64,000 nucleotides of DNA, taken from sequence record NZ_CP023779.1, one strand, 5' to 3'. The DNA comes from a plasmid. A model generated the notes under the pieces. The model saw nothing but the letters and a program-made list of their open reading frames with translations. It had not been told where the DNA came from and did not search any database. The position numbers were made by a program, and so were the translations under genes. Below, piece by piece: positions 19,138 through 27,727 of the stretch; position 1 is the stretch's first letter, and every line of letters starts with the position of its first letter.

Positions 19138-19539
19138 TCATGCCGCGGCGGCGGGGTCGGGGCCGGGGGCTCCGGCGGGGATGTAGGGGATTTGGCCGAG
19201 GACGACGGTCTTCGTCTCGGTCGTCCATGGCACGGTTGCGTTGTGGCGGTCGGCCCAGTGCTGGGCGTCGGCGGGGTCGGCGAATGCGGCTTTGACTTCC
19301 TGCGGAGTGTCGGAGGAATCGAGGTCGTTGCTGTCGCGTTCGATGGCTTCGATGCCGACCAGGTGGACGACGGCCGGACCGCGCAGTGCTTCGGCGGCGA
19401 GTTCGGCGAGTTCGGCCAGCGCGAGGGCTGCCTCGTGCTCATCGGTGCCCGCGAGTCCTTCGACGGCGGCCTCGCGCAACTCCGCGACGGCGGCGCGAAG
19501 GTCGGCGGCGAGCTTGTGCGCGGTGCGGGTGGTGGTCAT
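19138..19539 (-). CDS. hypothetical protein
   Basis: ATG (MTTTRTAHKLA...) preceded by AGGAG. Confidence 0.45.
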   Translation of the reverse strand: MTTTRTAHKLAADLRAAVAELREAAVEGLAGTDEHEAALALAELAELAAEALRGPAVVHLVGIEAIERDSNDLDSSDTPQEVKAAFADPADAQHWADRHNATVPWTTETKTVVLGQIPYIPAGAPGPDPAAAA

Positions 19540-19568
19540 GCTTTGCTCCTGAATGGCGAGTCGGGGTG

Positions 19569-19802
19569 TCATGCGGCAGGGTCGGCCATCGCTGTGATGC
19601 GGTCGGGCCGGAATCCTGACCAGTGATCCGACCCGGCGACGACGACGGGCGCGGTCAGATAGCCAAGGCTGAGAACGAACTCGCGGGCCTCCGGCTGTTC
19701 GGTGATATCAATGGCCGTGAATTCGATGCCCGCTTTGTCGAGTGCTCGATACGTGGCCGTGCATTGCACGCAACCCGGTTTCGTGTAAACGGTGACGTTC
19801 AC
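19569..19802 (-). CDS. NrdH-like glutaredoxin (CxxC redoxin)
   Basis: 78 aa 'VNVTVYTKPGCVQCTATYRALDKAGIEFTAIDITEQPEAREFVLSLGY'. CVQC active site. GGAGGGG RBS and GTG start. Confidence 0.7.
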   Translation of the reverse strand: MNVTVYTKPGCVQCTATYRALDKAGIEFTAIDITEQPEAREFVLSLGYLTAPVVVAGSDHWSGFRPDRITAMADPAA

Positions 19803-20050
19803 AATTCCCCTCCGCTCATCATTCCCCTTTTCCTGGTTAATTCTAACAATGCTGGCAGCGTCGAACAATGAATGTCGAATAATTTCCGCAGAGTAATTCA
19901 CAAGCGGGTTGCTGCCGTAACTTCTGTAATTACGAAATGGCGTTAGAGTGCCGCTGGCGGTGTAGTTCGGTGCGCCGAAACCGGCCGAATTCTGCGGAAT
20001 TCCACCGTCTCGGAATGGTGAAACGAGTATCCGGGAGAGTGCTGCCAACG
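19803..20050. promoter_or_regulatory. AT-rich island with recurrent GTAATT/GAATTC motifs; promoter or replication-type repeat region
   Basis: GC content drops sharply. Motifs at ~19876, 19893, 19926, 19985-20006 (two GAATTC) and 20057. On the minus strand at ~20070-20090, 'TTGCGTAGTACAG' resembles the shared operator/-35 'TTGCATAGTACTACG'. Confidence 0.4.
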
Positions 20051-20616
20051 GATGTCAGTAATTCTCGGATTATTTCTGTACTACGCAATCCCGGCGGCTC
20101 GGGAAACAACTCGCTCATATCGGCGCTGTCGGCGACGGCGCAAATGGCCTGCGAGAGCGGGAGCGCGCCCCGCCGGGTGGTCGCGTAGGTGCCTTCGAGG
20201 GGGCCGAACGTTCGGCCGTGCAGGTCGATCGGCGGCTCGACGTGAAGTGTGTAGGCGGCGCTCCAGTCGATTTCGCTGCCGGTGCGGGGCACGATGAGCG
20301 GGTACCGGCGTTCGAGCGCGTCGGCCACGATGCCGTAGCCGTTCGGGCTTATTTCGCGGGTGCTGAGCACGCCGTGAATGCCGTAGATGACGGGCCCGCG
20401 GGCGTCGTTGCCTGTTCCCATCGCCTCGTATCGGCGGGCCAGCTCGCGCACGGCGGCGTCGGGCGGGCCGTCCGTCCAGCCGACCATTACCCAGTTCCGC
20501 CACTCGGCGCGGCCGCCGCGCACGATGAACCGGACACCGGGCCAGCGGTCGGCGAGTTCGGCGCGGATGCGCCGGGTCACCTCCCGCGCCCCGAGGATCC
20601 GCACCGGCGGTGTCAT
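19930..20616 (-). CDS. hypothetical protein
   Basis: ATG 20616 overlaps the upstream stop (ATGA). The 3' end runs into the AT-rich island, so the true stop is uncertain. Confidence 0.4.
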   Translation of the reverse strand: MTPPVRILGAREVTRRIRAELADRWPGVRFIVRGGRAEWRNWVMVGWTDGPPDAAVRELARRYEAMGTGNDARGPVIYGIHGVLSTREISPNGYGIVADALERRYPLIVPRTGSEIDWSAAYTLHVEPPIDLHGRTFGPLEGTYATTRRGALPLSQAICAVADSADMSELFPEPPGLRSTEIIRELLTSVGSTLPDTRFTIPRRWNSAEFGRFRRTELHRQRHSNAIS

Positions 20617-21056
20617 CGCGCGCCCCCGGCGGTTGTCGTCAGCACCGGCCCGGCGGCGGCGTCGATCTTGCTGCGGTATCCGGCGACGCTGCGGCGCGGT
20701 TCGACGGCCTCGGCGTCGTCGATGAGCTTGCGCGCCCGGTCGAGTTCTCGGGCCTTGTATGCCTTTCCGGCGGCCTTGACCAGGCGGTCCCACTCTTCGG
20801 CGCGGGCCTGCGCGGCACGCTTGCGCTCGGCCGGGCTGCGGTGCAGTACCTCGGGGTGCTGGCGCAGGTAGGCGGCCACGGCGTCGGCGACCGGGCCCAG
20901 ACCGTAGGCGGCCTGAAGGGTGCGCAAGTGTCCCTCGGTCACGTAGCGCGCGGCGTCGTCGACGCCGAAGGCGAACGGTCCGCCGTAGTACTGGGCGGCG
21001 AAGTCGTCGGCGGCGTACTCGATGAGCTTGCCCTCGACCGGGGTGAATTCGGTCAT
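20613..21056 (-). CDS. hypothetical protein
   Basis: 147 aa. AAAGGA RBS. Promoter carries the paired palindromic operators. Confidence 0.5.
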   Translation of the reverse strand: MTEFTPVEGKLIEYAADDFAAQYYGGPFAFGVDDAARYVTEGHLRTLQAAYGLGPVADAVAAYLRQHPEVLHRSPAERKRAAQARAEEWDRLVKAAGKAYKARELDRARKLIDDAEAVEPRRSVAGYRSKIDAAAGPVLTTTAGGAR

Positions 21057-21090
21057 CGGAGATACATCCTTTCGGTCGATAAGTCAGTAC

Positions 21091-21118
21091 CATAGTACTA
21101 TGTCACCATAGTACTACG
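21091..21118. promoter_or_regulatory. paired palindromic operator (CATAGTACTATG ... CATAGTACTACG)
   Basis: 12-bp self-complementary CATAGTACTATG at 21091-21102. Second copy 16 bp downstream. Same architecture in four other promoters. Confidence 0.55.
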
Positions 21119-21189
21119 AGTAGGATAAGATCACCATGGGTGATCGGTGAGAAGGGGATCGGCGCGTATCACCCTCGCGCCGAGGGGTT

Positions 21190-21624
21190 TCAGTCTTCGG
21201 CTGCGGCGCGCTTCTTGTCCGCTATCTGCTGGTGCGTTACGACGCGCACCGCTCCGGCCTTGACCGGCTGCCACGGCTGGCCGCCGTTCTTCTCGCGCTC
21301 CAGGTTTTCGACATCGGCCAAGATGATGCTTTTGAGGTAGTCGGAGAACGATCCGGTGTGGTCCTGGAGCCAACCGAATTGGTAGGCGGCTCGCACCCGG
21401 TCGGCTTCGTCGGGGTCGAAGTATGCGCCGATGCGGCCCTTGTTCATGGTGGCGCTCTTGGTGTTCTTGGCAGCTTCGCCGCTGCTGCCCTTCCTCGCTC
21501 CCGGCATGGCCGCCTTTCCCGCGCTCCCGTAGTGCTGTGGTGCCATAGTACGGGCTCGACCGGGGCGGGCCGGGCGGTGCGCCGGCGCGCGGGTCGCGGG
21601 CTGTTCGGGCGTGGTGGCGGTCAT
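21190..21624 (-). CDS. hypothetical protein
   Basis: ATG 21624 with GAAGGAG RBS. ATGA overlap with the upstream small gene. 'CCATAGTAC' half-site near the internal ATG at 21546. Confidence 0.5.
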   Translation of the reverse strand: MTATTPEQPATRAPAHRPARPGRARTMAPQHYGSAGKAAMPGARKGSSGEAAKNTKSATMNKGRIGAYFDPDEADRVRAAYQFGWLQDHTGSFSDYLKSIILADVENLEREKNGGQPWQPVKAGAVRVVTHQQIADKKRAAAED

Positions 21625-21797
21625 GACGGGGGCTCCTTCGGGGTAGCGGCGGTGCGGCTGGCGGTGGGCAGGAACGGCCCGAATGCGGCGCGGCAGCGGT
21701 CGCACAGTTCGGCATCCGCGGCGGGCCGGGGGCAGATGGCGCAGCGGTCGAGCTGCTGCGCGGTGTACGGGCGGGGTTGGGTGGCGTGGGCGGTCAC
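21621..21797 (-). CDS. small CxxC...CxxC zinc-ribbon protein
   Basis: 58 aa 'QLDRCAICPRPAADAELCDRCRAAFG'. GTG start. Weak RBS. Confidence 0.3.
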   Translation of the reverse strand: MTAHATQPRPYTAQQLDRCAICPRPAADAELCDRCRAAFGPFLPTASRTAATPKEPPS

Positions 21798-21963
21798 CTC
21801 GTGGTGTCTTTCTGGTGTGGTGGCGTGCGCGGGGGAGCTCCGTTGCTCCCCCACTCGGCACCCTGTTGTGCCTGGCCTGGTGGGCGGATGGGTCCGGACC
21901 TGGGCGCGGGGAGCGTCGGCGATCCCCACTCGGCACGTCGTCGGGCCTGGTCGGTGGAGAGGT

Positions 21964-23001
21964 CTACTGCTCGTCGCTGCGCGTGCCGCTGGCGTCGAAA
22001 TCGACGCGCTGACCGGCGCTGTTGGTGAGGCCGGTGATTTTGTTGATGGGAAGTTTGTTGTTCCATCCGGGCTCGACATCGAGAGTCACCGTGGTCTTGT
22101 TGACCCGTAGCACCGCTTCCGGCCGGGGCCGCGATGACTGCCCGGTGTGCACGTAATCGCCGCGCCGGATCATGGCGGCGGTGAACACGACGGCACCGGC
22201 GGCGCGGGCGGCATCGAGTTGCGCACGCTCGTAGGCGATTTCGTCGGCGCGCTGCGCGATGGCGGCCTCGAGCCGTGCGCGGTATTCGCCGGTCGCGGGC
22301 GGGGTGGCCTGGGTGATCGGGTGGCCGGTCTGGCCGTTGATGCCGAGATTGCGGGTGTAGCCGTCGCGGGCCCGCTCGTCGGCGCGCTGCTCGGCCTCGA
22401 GCCGGGCTATACGCCGCTGGATCACTCCGGGGCATTCCGGGGCGGTCGCGGTGAATTCGGCGGTCTGGGCGCGCTGCTCGGTCGCGGCAGCCTTCGCCCG
22501 AGCCTCGCGGGCCTGCACGCCGGTACGGTCGGCGCACTCGTGCAGCCGTTCGTGACGACGCTGCGAATGATGGCCGATCTTGATCGGTTCGCCGCCGGGC
22601 GGCAAGGACTGGTGCGCGCGATCCGCGGCGGCCTCGGCGGCTGCGGCCTGGCGGTGGTGACGCTCGGCCTTGTCCCGCAACGCATCCGCCCGGGCCCGGC
22701 GCTGGGCCGCACGGTCGGCGGCGACCTCATCGGCGGCGCGGTGGCGACGGTCGATCCGCACGCTCACGCTGTGACCGGCTTCGCGCAGCGCCTCGGCCGC
22801 ACCGGTGATCGCGAGATTGTTCGGCTGGCGGTCGCGGGAATTGCGGACAATCCAGCCGCCCAGGCTGTTCGACCACTTCCAATAGCGGCGCCCGATGCGC
22901 CGCTCGACCGTGCACATGATCTCGTAGGTGCCATCGCCGCGGCAGTCACCCTCGAGCTGGGTGCCTTCGGCGGCGGTGTGGGTGATGGTCAGTTCGGCCA
23001 T
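21964..23001 (-). CDS. DUF3560-like protein
   Basis: 'MAELTITHTAAEGTQLEGDCRGDG...WSNSLGGWIVRNSRDR...GHHSQRRHER' recalled as the DUF3560 pattern of actinobacterial ICEs (not verified). GAAGGAGGA RBS. Confidence 0.65.
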   Translation of the reverse strand: MAELTITHTAAEGTQLEGDCRGDGTYEIMCTVERRIGRRYWKWSNSLGGWIVRNSRDRQPNNLAITGAAEALREAGHSVSVRIDRRHRAADEVAADRAAQRRARADALRDKAERHHRQAAAAEAAADRAHQSLPPGGEPIKIGHHSQRRHERLHECADRTGVQAREARAKAAATEQRAQTAEFTATAPECPGVIQRRIARLEAEQRADERARDGYTRNLGINGQTGHPITQATPPATGEYRARLEAAIAQRADEIAYERAQLDAARAAGAVVFTAAMIRRGDYVHTGQSSRPRPEAVLRVNKTTVTLDVEPGWNNKLPINKITGLTNSAGQRVDFDASGTRSDEQ

Positions 23002-23020
23002 TGTCGCGGTCCTCCTTCGT

Positions 23021-23066
23021 TTGCAGTACCGTAGTACTATGGCTTCATAGTACTGTGGTACTGCAA
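23021..23066. promoter_or_regulatory. 46-bp near-perfect palindrome with two TAGTACT operator cores, in the promoter of the DUF3560-like gene
   Basis: TTGCAGTACCGTAGTACTATGG-CT-TCATAGTACTGTGGTACTGCAA. Confidence 0.55.
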
Positions 23067-23085
23067 GGTTTGCCAAGGGGCGGTT

Positions 23086-23472
23086 TCAGAATCCGGTGAC
23101 GTCGGCAGCGTCTTCGATACGCCAGACGCGCACGGACACAGTGACGGGTCTGCGGTTGCGGTCGTCGCCGAAAACCCATGCCTCGCCGTCGATTCGGCGG
23201 CCGGTGTCGACCAGTCCGGCAACCATGGGGCCGTGCAGTCCGCCCGTGTAGACCAGGGTGCCGTCCGCATTCAGGTAGTAGCTGCCCGTCCCTCGGACGA
23301 GATGGAAACCGCCGGGGAAGACGTGACCGATGCGGCGGGGCCCGGCGGGGGTGTCGAGATAGTCGCCCGAGCCCGGGCGGGTGAATTCGGCGTGCCGCGC
23401 GATTCGTTCCAACACCGGCGTGCCTCGGTCGGCTCCGGCGCTGCGGCTGGCGGTGGTCTCGGTGCGGTTCAT
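23086..23472 (-). CDS. hypothetical protein
   Basis: ATG (MNRTETTASRS...) with GAGGAGGA RBS. 128 aa. Confidence 0.55.
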   Translation of the reverse strand: MNRTETTASRSAGADRGTPVLERIARHAEFTRPGSGDYLDTPAGPRRIGHVFPGGFHLVRGTGSYYLNADGTLVYTGGLHGPMVAGLVDTGRRIDGEAWVFGDDRNRRPVTVSVRVWRIEDAADVTGF

Positions 23473-23854
23473 AGCGGATAGTCCTCCTCGTCGTCGATGT
23501 ATTCCGGTTCCTCGTCGCGGAACCACTCCGGGTCTCCGGACGGGTATCCGGCGTCGGGTTCGTCGATGAGCTCGTACTCGAGGGCCCACCGCGGATGAGT
23601 GCCCAGCACCGCGCGGGACGTGATCAGGTGCTCGCGAAACGCCTGTTCGGTGTCCCGGCACCCCCGCACGAGCTCGGGAACCACTGCGCTGGGACTGATG
23701 CCCGAATCGGGAAAGCCATGTCCGGGTTGTTGAAAGCGGCCTCGGCGGCGCGCACGGCGGCCAGCAGCTCGAGCGCGCGGGCGTGCTCCGGGGACGAGTC
23801 GGCCGGATGCGGGTCCGGGTCGGGGGACATCCACGGTGCCGGGATTGAAGGCAT
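23469..23854 (-). pseudogene. hypothetical gene interrupted by a frameshift near a G5 run (~23700-23720)
   Basis: N-terminal piece 23624..23854 (AGGAGGA RBS, 'MPSIPAPWMSPDPD...') and C-terminal piece in another frame ending at 23469 ('...EYELIDEPDAGYPSGDPEWFRDEEPEYIDDEEDYPL'). Frames overlap around 'CGGGGGTGCCGGG'. Confidence 0.35.
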
Positions 23855-23960
23855 GACGCTTCCTCCTGGGGGCGCGGGACACGTCCGCGCGCTTGCGGGG
23901 CGGGTGATGACCCGGTGCGCGCGAGGACGCGGACACCCGCGCGCACCGGGGACTGTGGGG

Positions 23961-24395
23961 TTACCGCTCGTAGCGGTCGTGGACGCGCAGCACGTCGGGG
24001 GCCGGGTACTCCAGCAGGGCAGAAAGCACCTGCCGGAATTGGCTGGCACCATTGCCCGCGAAGTTGCCGCCGTGCGCGGTGCCGGGCCGGCGGTGGATCC
24101 GGCCGTCGTCGGTGAGCTCCACCGGCTCGAGGTGGGCCTCCCGTTCGCCGTTGCGCCAAATGCCCGCGCGCCGGACCACCACGACCACCGGCGGCGCGTC
24201 GTCGCGCACGGGGTTCGCTCGCCACTCGGCGACCGGCACGATGGTGCCGTTCACTCGGGGGTCGGTGGTGTTGAGCACGCCGACCACGGTTACTCGGTCG
24301 TACTTCGCGGTGATCCCGCCGAGTGTGAAATCGGCGTCGGCTTCCGCGGAGCGGTAGACGCTGAGGGTCAGGCCCTTGATGTCGCTGGTGGTCAC
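23961..24395 (-). CDS. hypothetical protein
   Basis: GTG start after 'GAGGCGGAG'. The longer ORF-track start falls inside the operator palindrome and is probably not used. Confidence 0.5.
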   Translation of the reverse strand: MTTSDIKGLTLSVYRSAEADADFTLGGITAKYDRVTVVGVLNTTDPRVNGTIVPVAEWRANPVRDDAPPVVVVVRRAGIWRNGEREAHLEPVELTDDGRIHRRPGTAHGGNFAGNGASQFRQVLSALLEYPAPDVLRVHDRYER

Positions 24396-24422
24396 TTTCT
24401 CCGCCTCTCTTCGGTATAACGC

Positions 24423-24450
24423 CATAGTACTATGGTGTCGTAGTACTATG
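24423..24450. promoter_or_regulatory. paired palindromic operator (CATAGTACTATG / CGTAGTACTATG)
   Basis: CATAGTACTATG at 24423-24434. CGTAGTACTATG at 24439-24450, followed by CAA (-35-like TTGCAT on the minus strand). Confidence 0.55.
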
Positions 24451-24482
24451 CAATGTTGGGCGGTGTGATCGGCGCCACAGAG

Positions 24483-24794
24483 CTATCGCGCACGGATCCG
24501 GTTTGTTCGGCGCTGCTGCTCGGCGTACCGGTCGATCTGGTCACGGTCGACATCGTGAATCGCCAGCTCGCGAATTGCGGCGGCGCGAGCGCTGGACGGC
24601 AGGGCCGCGATGCGCCACAGCTCGGCGACCCATTCCCGTTCGGCCTCGAAATGGCGCTCGGAGTCGGTGACCAGGCAGTACCGGGGGCGGTGTTCGTGGT
24701 AGTCGCGGCATTCCAGGCTCGCGGCTTCCTCGGGCGTCACGGGCGACAGTCGGGCGTATCGCTGCGGGCAGCGGGTCGTGGGATCCAGGGACAT
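24483..24794 (-). CDS. hypothetical protein
   Basis: ATG with GAGGAG RBS. 103 aa. Confidence 0.5.
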   Translation of the reverse strand: MSLDPTTRCPQRYARLSPVTPEEAASLECRDYHEHRPRYCLVTDSERHFEAEREWVAELWRIAALPSSARAAAIRELAIHDVDRDQIDRYAEQQRRTNRIRAR

Positions 24795-24841
24795 CGGGGC
24801 ATCTCCTCTCGGGGGCGGGCGGGGATCGGCTCGAGCTCCGG

Positions 24842-24884
24842 GGGAGGCGCGCCGGGTAGCTAGCGACTATCCGGCGCGCCTCCC
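24842..24884. repeat. hairpin element, 14-bp GC stem around conserved core CCGGGTAGCTAGCGACTATCCGG (copy 1)
   Basis: GGGAGGCGCGCCGG-gtagctagcgactat-CCGGCGCGCCTCCC. The core recurs at 27640-27672 with different stem arms. Confidence 0.55.
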
Positions 24885-24896
24885 GCTCTTGCTCGG

Positions 24897-25718
24897 TCAG
24901 CCCTTGTACTTGCGCATTTCCTCGGCGAGCACCCACAACGCGCGGTTGAGCTTCACGTTGCCGTCGATGCCGTTGACCGGCCGGGTCCGGGTGCGCTGGC
25001 CCTTGGCGGTGGTGCCACGCACTCCGCCCTTGGTCACCCGCTCCTGTACCCGGTTGAACACGCTCCACATGTCGTCTCCGGCGTCCTCGACCCGGCGCGG
25101 GGTGAGCAGCTGGCGGGCGGCGATCGGGGCCTTCTCTGGTTCGTCGTAGCGCAGCGCAAGGGCCGCCTTGGCGAAGGCGTGCTGTTCGCCCGTCTCCAGC
25201 GGCAGGGCCTTCATGTCGTCGCGTTCGGCCTCGACGAGCTCGAACTGATCGAGCACGGTGTACGCGCCTTCGATCACGTCGTCGACCACGTTGCCGGAGT
25301 GGCGAACTCGGATATCGTCGATCGTTTCGCCGCACACCATGCCGTTGGTGCACACGAATCGGAACATGCCCGCGAGCATCTGATACGAGCTGGTGCCGTC
25401 GTGCGAGTTCAACAGGATGATCTCGTTCGTCTCGTCGGCGCGGATCGCCGTTGCGTGACGCAGCCGGACCATGTGCTTGCAGAACTCGCGGCGGCTTTCG
25501 TCGCGCACCCGGCTTTGCGCCACCGCGAAGGGCTGGAATCCCTCGCGCTGCAAGCCGCGCAGCACGTCGATGGTCGGGATGTAGGTGTAGCGCGCGCTGC
25601 GGTCCGCGTGCGCCTCGGTCGCGAAGATGCTCGGCGCGACGCGACGGATCGCGTCGTCGGTCAGCGGGTCGTCCGAGCGAATCGAAACGGCGTTGCGGAT
25701 CTTCGATGCCAATGGCAT
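24897..25718 (-). CDS. DUF932-like protein (phage/plasmid-like, TIGR03299-like)
   Basis: 'IILLNSHDGTSSYQMLAGMFRFVCTNGMV' recalled as the DUF932 pattern (not verified). AAGGGAG RBS. Confidence 0.65.
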   Translation of the reverse strand: MPLASKIRNAVSIRSDDPLTDDAIRRVAPSIFATEAHADRSARYTYIPTIDVLRGLQREGFQPFAVAQSRVRDESRREFCKHMVRLRHATAIRADETNEIILLNSHDGTSSYQMLAGMFRFVCTNGMVCGETIDDIRVRHSGNVVDDVIEGAYTVLDQFELVEAERDDMKALPLETGEQHAFAKAALALRYDEPEKAPIAARQLLTPRRVEDAGDDMWSVFNRVQERVTKGGVRGTTAKGQRTRTRPVNGIDGNVKLNRALWVLAEEMRKYKG

Positions 25719-25800
25719 TGTGGCGACTCCCTTTTCGGTGTGGTTCCGGCGGTCTCTCCGTCGGTAACTCCATAGTACTATGGAGCCGTAGTACTATGCA
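25719..25800. promoter_or_regulatory. ~80-bp promoter/5'UTR module with paired operators, near-identical to 27995-28075
   Basis: 'CCCTTTTCGGTGTGGTTCCGGCGGTCTCTCCGTCGGTAACTCCATAGTACTATGGAGCCGTAGTACTATGCAA'. Confidence 0.6.
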
Positions 25801-25898
25801 ACTGGTCGGATTGTGATGGCTGCCACAGCAGCCGAGGCCGCGGCGCTCAGCCGGGAAACGGGTGGCCCCGGCGCTCGGGGCTGTGGGTCGTCGGCGGG

Positions 25899-26450
25899 CT
25901 ATTCTCGCCTGCCACCGGTGCCGGGCTGGTGGGCTTCCGGGTCGAACAGGGCGGGTTGGATCGGCGGTGTCGCTGCCGAAGGCTGTGCGGGCCTGCTACG
26001 GCTGCGAGCGGGGGCGCGTAAGGCCGGGGTGGTGCCGAACAGTTCGAGTTCGATCGGCGCGGGCGGTGTCTCGGATTCGGTGAGCCAGAATCGCCGCTTT
26101 CCGTGCGCATAGGCGCGGACATCGAGGCTGTACTCGAGGGTCGTCACCACAGGGTCGGCAAGCTCGGTGCGCTCGTAGCGCAGCGTCCAGGCGCGGCCGC
26201 GCGCGATGTCGTCGAGCTCCTCGCCGAGATGGGCACGGCAAACGCAAATCTCCCACGATTCGCGCGTCCCCCACGGGGTGTAGTCGAGCCGGATCCGGTG
26301 GGCTGCACGGACCTTGCACGCGAAACCGGTTCCGCCGGTGCCGGTTTCGGGGTCGGGTGGGGTCGTCCAGACAAAGCGCTCGCAGGTGGGTACCTGCCAG
26401 TTGCTCGTGATCGACCGGCGAGAGATGATCCGCGGCGCGTCGGTGGTCAC
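25899..26450 (-). CDS. hypothetical protein
   Basis: GTG start overlapping the upstream stop (GTGA). 184 aa. Confidence 0.5.
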   Translation of the reverse strand: MTTDAPRIISRRSITSNWQVPTCERFVWTTPPDPETGTGGTGFACKVRAAHRIRLDYTPWGTRESWEICVCRAHLGEELDDIARGRAWTLRYERTELADPVVTTLEYSLDVRAYAHGKRRFWLTESETPPAPIELELFGTTPALRAPARSRSRPAQPSAATPPIQPALFDPEAHQPGTGGRRE

Positions 26451-26857
26451 GAGTAGAGTCCGGCGGCTTCGCGCCGGTCGGCGCAGGTGCCGCAATAGCC
26501 GTCGTATCCCTCGCCGTCGTCCAGGAGTTCGGCGCAATCCGCGGTGGCGCAGTATTCGGGCCACTGCGCGGCTTCGAGGGCGTTTACTGCGCCGTCGCCG
26601 GGCTGGTAGGTCGTCTCGATCGGGTTGCCGTGCTCGTCGGCCGCCTCGGGCAACGCCCATACCTTGCGGAAGCTCGCCGATGTCAGTTTCACCGGCACCG
26701 GCAGGTCACAGACGTTGGTCAGCTCGACCGATCCGCCGGGCGTCGGATACATCTCCTGCCCGTCGTCGGTGTGCAGGAACTTGCGCACGTGGGCCTCGCT
26801 GTCGGCCCGGATTACGAGGGTGACGACGGCGTACACGTCAACGGTGTAGGTGTTCAT
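26447..26857 (-). CDS. hypothetical protein
   Basis: ATG (MNTYTVDVYAVV...). 136 aa. Confidence 0.5.
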   Translation of the reverse strand: MNTYTVDVYAVVTLVIRADSEAHVRKFLHTDDGQEMYPTPGGSVELTNVCDLPVPVKLTSASFRKVWALPEAADEHGNPIETTYQPGDGAVNALEAAQWPEYCATADCAELLDDGEGYDGYCGTCADRREAAGLYS

Positions 26858-27006
26858 TGGGCGCACCTTTCGGGCTGCTGAATAGGCGCACAGAGCCCCG
26901 AACCGGACTCGCCGGCCCCGGGGGGTGTGCGGGGGAGTGGTGGGCCCCGATTCGGGGCCGGGTGGCGGGCCGCGCCGGGTGGCTCGGCCCGCCGATTCGG
27001 GCGAAC

Positions 27007-27597
27007 CTATGCGGTGTTCGTCCCGCGCTGAATCGCCCATGCCTGCGGCAGGTGTCCGGCGCGGGCGAGCGTGTCGAGCCGCTCGGCCACTCCGGCGGCC
27101 TGCGCGTACAGCTCCGCGCGGTCGTCGACATACAGGCCGGTAGCGGCCGCGTCCTTCTCGTTGTCCGGGTCCGCGTAGTACTCCGCGGCGCGCTGCTCGG
27201 CCTTGCGCAGATAGCTACGGAACTCGGCGAGCAGCGCGTCCGGCTCGGCGGCCGCCGCTAGCTGGTCCTCGGCCTTGATCAGGGTGTAGCCGAACCAGTC
27301 GGCCAACATGTCGAGCACATCGCGCCCGGTCGGCAACGGCGTGGTCTCGGCCTGCTCACGCTCGGCCGTAGCCGCCTGGGTCTTGCACGTCTCGCAGTGG
27401 TTCGGGCATCCGCCGAACGTGCAGTCGAGCCCCTCGAGCCCGTCGAGCGGGTATCCGTCGACGCTGGTCGAATCCAGATGCCAGCGGCCCTCGTCGAAGT
27501 AGAAATAGATCTTGCCGTGGTCTTCGTAGCGATGCCCTTCGGCGTCCTGTTCGGCGGCTGCGGCGGCGTCGGCCTGGGTGTTTTCGGTGGTTGTCAT
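27007..27597 (-). CDS. hypothetical protein with Cys cluster (CTFGGCPNHCETC)
   Basis: ATG (MTTTENTQ...). 196 aa. Confidence 0.5.
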   Translation of the reverse strand: MTTTENTQADAAAAAEQDAEGHRYEDHGKIYFYFDEGRWHLDSTSVDGYPLDGLEGLDCTFGGCPNHCETCKTQAATAEREQAETTPLPTGRDVLDMLADWFGYTLIKAEDQLAAAAEPDALLAEFRSYLRKAEQRAAEYYADPDNEKDAAATGLYVDDRAELYAQAAGVAERLDTLARAGHLPQAWAIQRGTNTA

Positions 27598-27639
27598 GTC
27601 GGTGCCTCTCACCTAGAGTTCTGGGGGAGAGGCACCGGG

Positions 27640-27672
27640 TAGCTAGCGACTACCCGGTGCCTATCTCGTTGA
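27640..27672. repeat. hairpin element copy 2 (core CCGGGTAGCTAGCGACTACCCGG)
   Basis: AGGCACCGGGTA-gctagcgac-TACCCGGTGCCT. Lies between two minus-strand genes, like copy 1. Confidence 0.55.
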
Positions 27673-27727
27673 CGGGCTTACGAATTCCGGTCGGTGGGTG
27701 GTGCGCGCGCCGTGGGCTGCTGCGCCG

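Noticed and set aside
24541-25773. 410-aa minus-strand ORF beginning 'MELPTERPPEPHRKG'
   Set aside because: Its start lies inside the duplicated promoter module and the frame crosses the DUF932-like gene in a different frame. A twin artefact 'MKLPTERPPEPHRKG' appears at 27728..28099. Both are created by the ~80-bp repeat.
11941-27190. Extra isolated TAGTACT-containing sites (e.g. 11941-11960, 27171-27190)
   Set aside because: They are single degenerate half-sites inside coding sequence, without the paired 16-bp-spaced architecture. Probably chance matches.
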